This document shows positions 10,201 through 19,200 of a DNA stretch of 64,000 nt, in pieces. Both the position numbers and the translations under genes were made by a program. Source of the DNA: Myxococcota bacterium (GTDB lineage Bacteria; Myxococcota_A; UBA9160; UBA6930); assembly GCA_965223705.1 (NCBI GenBank), contig OZ245015.1, positions 1,632,001 to 1,696,000 on the forward strand, in the 5' to 3' direction. The notes beneath the pieces were generated by a model. That model was not told the DNA's origin. It saw nothing but the letters and a program-made list of their open reading frames with translations, and made no database searches. Position 1 is the stretch's first letter. Each line of letters begins with the position of its first letter.

Positions 10201-13200
10201 CCGCGCCCGAGAGGTCGCGGATCGTGTACGTGAAGGAATCGCCGGTGGTCTCTGATCCATCGTGGGTATAGGTGACCGTCCCGTCGCCGTTCACGAGGAT
10301 GGATCCGTTCGCAGGCGCACCAACGATCTGGATCGATGTCAGGTCGAGAGGGTTGTCGGGATCGGTGTCGTTTGCGGCGAGGTCGATGCCCACGGCGGCG
10401 CCTTCGTCGACCACCGCCGCATCATTGACCGCGGTTGGCGCGTCGTTCTGCGGTGTCACCGTGATGGTGACCGTGGCGGTATTGGACACAGCACCCGAGA
10501 GATCGCGAATCGTGTACGTGAAGGAGTCCGCGATGGTCTCGGACCCGTCGTGGGTGTAGGTCACCGTCCCGTCGCCGTTCACGAGGATGGATCCGTTCGC
10601 GGGCGCTCCGACGATCTGGATCGACGTGAGGTCGAGGGGGTTGTCGGGATCGGTGTCGTTCGCGGCGAGGTCGATGCCCACCGCGGCGCCTTCGTCGACC
10701 ACCGCCGCGTCGTTGACCGCGGTCGGCGCATCGTTCTGCGGGTTGACGGTGATGTTCACTGTGGCCGCGTTGGAGACCGCGCCCGAGAGATCGCGAATCG
10801 TGTACGTGAAGGAGTCCGCGGTGGTCTCGGACCCGTCGTGAGTGTAGGTGAGGGTACCGTCGCCATTGTCGACGAGTGAGCCGTTTGCCGGCGCGCCGGT
10901 GACCGTGATCGACGAGAGATCCAAGCCATCGTCCGGATCGGTATCGTTCCCCGCCACGTCAATCACGACGGAGCTACCCTCGTTGACGATCGCCGCATCC
11001 CCGACAGCGGTAGGAGCATCGTTTACAGCGACGACAGACACGATTGTCACGGCAGTGTTGCTCGTGGTGGTCCCGTCATTGACTTCGAAATCGATGTAGC
11101 GGTTCGTCGTGTTCGGTGCTGCCGAGCTGTTGTCGTAGGTAATCGTCCTGAGCACCTGCTGGTAGTTCGCGAGCGAGTCGGTGCCGCTCAGCAGGAGGAT
11201 GCCTGAAACCGCGTTGTAGCTCGCTACGATGCTCGTCCCAGTCGTGTTCGCCGATAGGATCTCGGCGGAACCGTCTTGAAGGTTCGTGATGGTAGCGGTC
11301 AGCCAAGCCAGGTTTGCGCTGTCGACATCACCGATAAACCCGTCGGAGTCGACGACGAGTACGGGGCCGCCACCTTCGGTGAAGGTCGTCGAGAAGTCCT
11401 CACCTACCTCCGAAGAGTCGTCGAAGTCGAGATCGAGAATGGGCGAATCGTCAACGGCGTTGATCGTGAGATTCACCGTCGCGATGTTCGATGAGCTACC
11501 TGAAACGTCATCGATTCGATAGGCGAAGGTGTCGGACACCGTTTCCGAGCCGTCGTGTGTGTAGGTCAGCGTCCCATCGCCGTTATCGATGAGGGTGCCG
11601 TTCGTCGGCGCCGTGGTGATGACGATGGAACCCAGGTCCAAGGCGCTGTCGGGGTCGCTATCGTTTCCCGCGACATCGATGACAACCGACTGTCCTTCGT
11701 TGACAACAGCGGCATCGGCCCCGGCGGTGGGCGCGTCGTTCACCGGATTGACCGTGATACTGACCGTCGCGACGTTGCTGGTGGCGCCCGAGAGATCCTG
11801 AATCGTGTAGGTAAACGTGTCGGTCGTGGTCTCCGACCCGTCGTGGGTGTAGGTGACGGTGCCGTCACCATTCACAAGGATTGAACCGTTTGCAGGCGCC
11901 CCGACGATCTGAATCGACGTGAGGTCGAGCGGGTTGTCGGGATCGGTGTCGTTCGCAGCGAGGTCGATCCCAACGGAAGCGCCTTCGTTCACGGCCGCCG
12001 CATCGTCGACCGCGGTCGGCGCGTCGTTGAGCCCGACGATACGGATCGTGGTGGTCGCGATATTGCTAAGATGGGAGACGATCGGGCCCCCGTCACTCGC
12101 GACGGTCTGGAGAACGCGATCCGTGAGGTCCGGCGACGCCGACGCGTTGTGGTACGTCACGGTCTCCAACACGGCTTGGTAGTTCGCCAGGGTGTCCGAG
12201 CCCGAAAGAGTCAGGAGTCCCGTTCCAGAATCGTAGGAAGCCGAAATCGCGGTCCCGGTGACGTCGGCAGAGAGGCTCTCCGAGGCGCCGTCGAGCAGGT
12301 TCGTGATCAAGACCGTCATCGACGCGAGGTTGGCGTGGTCGGAATCGCTGATGACGACGTCGCCGTCCGAGATCAATACCGGACCCCCGCCTTCGAAGAA
12401 CGTCGTCTCGAAATCGGAGCCGGGGGTTCCCGAGCTATCGTCGGCATCGAGGTCGATGAACGGGCTGTCATTCTGCGGGGTTACGGAGACGCTCACCGTG
12501 GCGGTGTTGGAGACCGCACCACTCGCGTCTCGAATCCTGTACGTGAACGAATCGGTCGTGGTCTCGGACCCGTCGTGGGTGTAGTCGACGGTGCCGTCAC
12601 CGTTCACGACGAGAGACCCGTTCGAGGGAGCACCGACGATCTCGATGGACGTCGGGTCGACGCCGTCGTCGGGATCCGTGTCGTTCGCAGCGAGGTCGAT
12701 CGTCGTGGTTCCCCCTTCGAGAACCGCCGCCGCGTCGGCCGCCGCGGTCGGAGCGTCGTTCACGTTCGTGAACGTGATCGCCGCCGCCTCTGGTCCGTCC
12801 GACAGGGAGCCATCTGAGACCGTCACCGCGTAGCTCGGTGCCGCTTCGCCGCCGTCGTGCACGAATTGGATGTCGCCATCCAGCACTTGCTGCTGGGTGA
12901 AGGTCGTGATCGCGACGCCCGGGTTCGCCACCGCCTCGAACCGGCCGCCGGAGACGGAGGAGACCGTAAATTCGAGTAGCCCCGCCGCCGTCTCAACATC
13001 GCTCGCCGAGACGTTCGAGGCGGAGAGGACCACCGTTGCCCCTTCGCTGATCACGAGCGCGTTGTTGCCGAGCAGCGGGGCATCGTTCTCCGCAGTGACG
13101 TCGATCCGGAGGGTCTCCGTCAGGGAGTCCGAGCCGCCGTTCGCGGTTCCACCCGAGTCGGTGACGCGGAAAGAGAAGAACGAGAAGCTTCCGCTCTCGT

Positions 13201-16200
13201 TGGGTGCCGGCTGGAACTGCATACCCTGGATCTGCGCGAGCGAGTACGTGCCCGTCGTGACCTGGGTGGTGTCGTCCGCGAGGTAGATGGTCCCGAAATA
13301 GACCGGATCCGGCACGACGGTCACTTCATACGTAAGGGTCTGGCCACTCTCATCCGAGCCGCCTCCCGCACCGTAGGCAAGGGCGCCCAGACCAAGCGAG
13401 GTCAAGCCCGAGTCCTCGGCAACGACGAGGTTGTTGACGGAACCCGCCGTGCGGACCGGGGCGTCGTTCACGGGATCCACCTGGATCACGAGGACGTCGA
13501 CGTCTTCTTCGCTCGAAGCGTCTCCACTCACGCCGGGATCGATTCCCGAGTTACCGAGATCGTTCGTCGCGATCATCAGATTCACGTTGCCGGTAAAGTC
13601 GGCGGTCGTGTCGAAGGTCAACGTGGCAAGGGCGGCATTGAGTTCGGCGATCGTGCCGGTGAACACCATGTTGGCGTCACTCGTTCCGTCCCCCGCCGAG
13701 AAGGAGAGGCCGGTGGTGCTCCCGAGGCTGAGTAGACCTCCCACACCGACGTTCAGCTGAACGCGCAACGTATCGGTCGGCAGCGCGTCGACGTCCCCGA
13801 CCTGCAGCGAGTCGCCCCCGGTGAAGGCGAGGGTTCCATCCTCGAGGACCGACACCGTGCTCGGTGCGGTATTCACCGGAGCGTCGTTGACCGCCGTCAG
13901 CTGGATCTGCTTCGTCGCCGTAGGACCGCTATCGATGCCGTCATCGAACGTGAAGGACACCGTACGAATGAGCTCGCTTGGGGCGTCGGACCCGTTGTAG
14001 AACGTGACGCTGCGGAGCGCCGCCTCGAAATCGGCCACACTCGCCGTCTGCCCCGCGCGTACCGACAGCACCAAGCGGTCACCGAAGTCCGTAGCGACAA
14101 TCGTCGTGGTGTCGGTGAACCCGAGCGTGTCGTCCGCGCTGTAGTTACCCGTGATCTGAACGACCGCAGTGTAGAGGTTGCTCGGGTCGACGCCTTGAGC
14201 GCCGTCGGGATCGACGAGGGTGAGGCCGGAGTCGATCGCGACCGCTGCCTGTTGCTCGGTGTAAGTGGTCGCGCCCGCGGTCGTCGTGATGACATTGACG
14301 TCGTTGTCACTCATGACGGTAACAGACGTCGTGGCGACGGGACTGTCGTCGCTACCGTCGTTCGCCACAAAGGTGATGACGCGCGTTGTCTCGTCCGGGG
14401 TCTCGGACGTGGAATCGTAAGTGACCGTTCGCAGGACCTGCTGGTAGTTCGCAACGGAATCCGATCCCGAAAGGAGCAGCGTTCCCGTACCCGGGTTGTA
14501 GCTCGCGAGAATCGAGGTTCCGGTGGTGTCGGCGGAGAGCAATTCCGCCGAACCGTCGAGCAGGTTCGCGATCGTCACGGCGAGCGAGGTCAGGTTCGAG
14601 CTGTCGACGTCACTGAGTGTTGCATCAGCGTCCACGATAGCCACCGGTCCGTTGCTTTCGGTCCAGCTCGTCGCAAAGTCAACACCCGCCGCTGCGGAAT
14701 CGTCCGCATCCAAGTCGAGGGCCGGCGCATCGTTTACCGGGTTCACCGCGATGGCAACCGTGCCACTCCCGACGTCATCGCCCGCATAGATGGCGGCGAT
14801 CTCATCGGCGGACAGCGCCTGGGTGTAGATCCGTGCGTCGTCCACCATGCCGAGTAGATCGAAGCTGCTGTCGGTAACATCGGCGTGGGTGCCGATGGTC
14901 GATTGCGGGAACCAACCGGTCCAAGTAATCGACGATGCGTAGCTGGCCGTGGCGACGACCTGTCCGTCGATATAGAGCGTCTGCGTGTCGTTGGCATCAT
15001 CGAAGCTGAAGGCCACATGGTGCCATTCACCGGCATTCATCGTCGTGCCACTTCCGATGAACTGGTGGGTCGAACCGTCGTAGAAGAAGGCGCTGACGCC
15101 CTCGCTCCAGTCGTTGATGCGGATGGCTACGTCATTGCCCAGAGAGATCAACTCGCCGCCATTCACTGCGGTGCTAGAAAAGTTGACCCAGGCCGCCAGC
15201 GTGACATCCGCCGGCTGCCCGTACAGGTCGTCGATGCGGACGTATTCTCCCGCCGCATCCAGCTGTAGCACTTCGCCGCGGTCGACATCCGCGGTGGTAT
15301 CGGCTCCGCCAACCAGCACGGCAGGTTGTGCGGTCCCGGCAGACTGGTCGGCAGCGGAACCGCCGGTAAACGTGTAGTGCCCCTGCAAGTCCGCGGCCAG
15401 CGCGGTGGTCATGTTCAGCGTTACCGCGCCGTTGTAGCCGGCATCCGGAGTAAAGGTCATGCCCTCCAGCGCGGCGTTGAGTGCCGACTCGGTGCCATTG
15501 ACGACAAAAGAGCCGGTGCCGTCACTGCCTTCGACGAAGTTCAGACCGGTCGTCTGCGCAAGCGTCAGCACGCCGTTGTCGACCGACAGGTTCACCTGAA
15601 ACTCCGTATTCGCGGTGATTACCGAGTCATCAACGGTCACGGCGTTGCCGTTGCCGCTGCTGAAAGTCAGGATCTGATTCTCGTCCACCGATTGCGGCCC
15701 TGGAAGCGACTGGCTGGCTTCGAGCGCGTTGTCGACCGAGATCGACATTACTTCGCTGTAGGAATGTCCGGCGGCGTCGGTGACCTCGACCGTGACGTCG
15801 TGAGAGGTCGCCGCTTCGTAGTCGAGCTGCGAGGCGTCGGCGACGGTAATCGCGCCCGTACTGCCGTCGATGGCGAAACGGCCATTGGCGTCATCCGTCA
15901 GACTGAATGCGTAGTTGCTGAGAACCTGGCTCGCGTCATATTCGATGATGTAAGGGCGAACGCCGATGCCTTCAGCGTCTGCCCATTGTCCGCTCGCGAC
16001 AAGCATGCGCGCAACATCCTCGTCGCCACCGCCCCCGGCGTCCACGCTCGGCTCGCCCACGAACCAGTTGACGTATTGTCCACTCACCGCGGTGCCGCCC
16101 GAATCGCCACTCCAGAAGGCTTCGTTTTCTTGTGCTCCCGAAAGCCAGCGCCAGTCACCCTCCGTGCTTTGGTCGGCCGCGCCGAGCCAGATATCCGCAC

Positions 16201-19200
16201 CGATCGTTTGCGCGAGGTCGTGAACGACCTCGTTCTCATACGCGGAATCGATAGTGACCAGCTGGCCAGAAATGCCATTCAACGTCGAGGTTGTCGCGAC
16301 ATAGAGTGCCGTCGACCAGTTGGCCTGCGTCGTCGCGACCTGATAGAACTTGCCGGTGGCCGCGTCGTAAGAGAGCGTCGGATCGTTGTTCAGGATCGTA
16401 CTGATCGCTAGCGGGACTTCGATGACCTGAACGTCGGCGATGAGCGGGCCGTAGCTGTTGGCGCCGTCCATCGAGGCGAATGTCAGCTCGGTGGCAGTTG
16501 AATCTGCCGTAAACGTGAAGGAGCGATGCTCCCACAACAGATTGGTGGTCGACCAATCGCCGGGTTGGGAGATCTGGAAATCCTGAGATTCGCCATTCGC
16601 TGCAGCTCTCAGGTCCTTGACGGCATCGCCACCACTCCAGTCCCCGCTGAGAGCAAAGACGACCTGGTACTGTCGGCCGACTTCAGTCGCCAACGTCTGC
16701 TCGATCACCCCGGCGGTCGAACCATTGAGGTCAATTGTATTGCCACCAAGCAGCGAGCTCTCGAGGGTGTTTCCCGCCACTTCGACGTCGCCGGATTGAA
16801 CCGTCCAAGGGCCGATCGTCGAACCCGCACCCAACAACTGGTATGAAGTGCCTTCGGACAAGAACAGCCCATCGCCGACGATATCCTGCGGCGAATCCGG
16901 ATCGCTCGGCACCACGAAGCCGACGGTCGTTCCGTCAACCGCGTTCTCGCTGACATGCAGGTCTTCAACCGGCGTACTGGCGGTGAAGCCAGCGCCGGCG
17001 GCATGACCGATGCTCAGGTTGTTGCCGCTCACAACATCGACGACCTCGCTCGATCCGTTGAAGCCGTCCATCTGCCAGTTGGCGATCAGGCCGCTGGGCA
17101 GGCTGCCGCTGTCGAGTTTCTGCTGGTGATTGAAGGCGATCTCACCGTGCGAACGGACCTCATTCCACACGCGGACGTCGTAGAGCGTGCCCTGGAACGC
17201 TTGGGTCGACTGGAAACTGCCGCCCAGAGCATCCTGTTCGTTGCCGATGATCAGAGTGCCGCCGGGATCGATCGTGTTCCCGATCTCGATGCCGGTACCG
17301 CTTTCGATCAATTCGCCGTTGCTGTAGACGGCCCAGCTCCCTGAGCTGTTTTCCCATGTCACCGCGAGGTGCTGAACACTGCCATCGCGCAAGGTGTTGT
17401 AGTCGATACTGGTCAGGTGAATATCGGTATCGGCTATGTAGAGGTAGGCGTCGTTGCCAGCGAAGACAAACACGAATTCGTTGTCGTTGGTCGCAGTTGC
17501 ATACGAGACCAACGGCGTGAAGGAGCTCGTGTCCGAGGTCGCGAACTGAATCTCGTAGGTCAGCGAAGACAAGCCGCCGAGAAGTATCCCGCCATCGTTC
17601 GCGACCAGGTAGGCATCATTCCCGCCGTCGGTGTTGAGCTCGATGCCGCTCGAGAGATCGGTCGGCGCGTTGTTGTCTTCAACGAGGTCGCGAAGCGAGA
17701 TAGTGAAGGCTTCGTCGTAGGCGTTGCCGTCGACATCGGTGGTACGAATCGTGACGGTGTGCGTCGCATCCGTTTCGTAGTCGAGCAGCGTGCCGTCCGC
17801 TACGCGAATCGTACCGCTGTTTCCGTCGATCTCAAACGCACCGGCCACCGTTTGCGACTGAATGGAGTAAGTGAGCGCTTGAGTTCCATCGAGAACGGCC
17901 TCAGCATCCCATTCGATGATGTAGGCGAAGTTGACATTGTCGCGATTATCCTCCCAGGTTCCGTCGGAGAGCATGTAAGCGGCGTCCTCGCCGAGACCGT
18001 TGTCGTTGGGGGCGGTCGCGGACTTCCAGTTCGAGTAGGTACCGTCGACCGACGAGCCGGTGACTGCACCGAGCCAGAAGTGGTCGCCAGCCGTGGCGCC
18101 CTCGTACCAACGCCACTCGCCCTCGACGTCGATGTCGGCGGCACCCAGCCATGTGTTCGCGCCGCCGATGACCGAGTTGAGTTGGATGTCGTTGACGACT
18201 TCGTTCTCGTGGGCCGAGCGAATCGTCACAAGCTGGCCGCTGACGCCGCCCAGCGTCGTGCCCGTCGCCGCGGACTGGGCGGTCAGCCAGGTCGTCGTGC
18301 TGCCGACCGCCTTGTAGAACTTCGCAGTGTGAGCGTCGTAGTAGAGATCCGGGTCCGCGGCGAGGAGGGCTGCGATTTGGGCGTCGCGCTCCGCATCGGT
18401 GCCCGATACTGTACCGACGACGGTCCCGTTCAGGGCGTTCTCTTCGACCGTCAGGCTCAACTGCGGTGAGCTGGAGGTGAATCCCCCGCCGGCGGCATGC
18501 GCGACCGTCAGGTTGTTGCCGCTGACCGATTCGGTGATCACCCCGTCGCCAGAGAGCTTGTCGAACTGCCAGTTGGCGATCAAGCCGCTTTCGTCGTGGG
18601 GAACGGTGCTGTTGTAGCGGGTGGCGATCTCGGCGGCGGTGCGCACATCATCGAAAAGGCGCACATCGTACAAAGTGCCCTCGAGAAACTCGGTCGAGGA
18701 ATAGCCGCCGCCGACCGTATCCTGATCCTGCCCAACGACGAGTGTCCCCCCGGCCGCAAGGGCCTGTGAGGCTGCCAGCCCCGTTCCGCTGTCGACGGAC
18801 ACCCCATCGACATACACCTCCCAAGCGCCGCCGCTTGCATCCCATGTCACCGACAGGGTGTGCGGCTCGCCGTCGGCGAGGCTGTGATAGTTGAAGGCGG
18901 ATGACTGTACGGTCTGATTGGCGACTTCGATCAGGAGGTTCTGATTGGTGAACACGGACAGGCGAACAGAATCGTCGCCGTCGGCGGCCATGTAGGAAAG
19001 CAGCTCGTGATTGTGGGAGGTGTCGCTATAGCTGAATCGGACCTCATATGTGAACTGGGTGGCCCCTCCCAGAATCGCTCCGCCGTCGTCTGCGATCAGG
19101 TGGGCGTCACTGCCGCCGTCCTCGTTCAGGCTTAGCCCGCCCGTCTCGGTGGCCGTGACCGTCAGATCCGAAGGCGCTGCGGGATCGACGGTGACCGTAA

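Noticed and set aside
8152..11030. CRISPR array
   Set aside because: The units are 288-bp in-frame coding repeats with no unique spacers and no cas genes.
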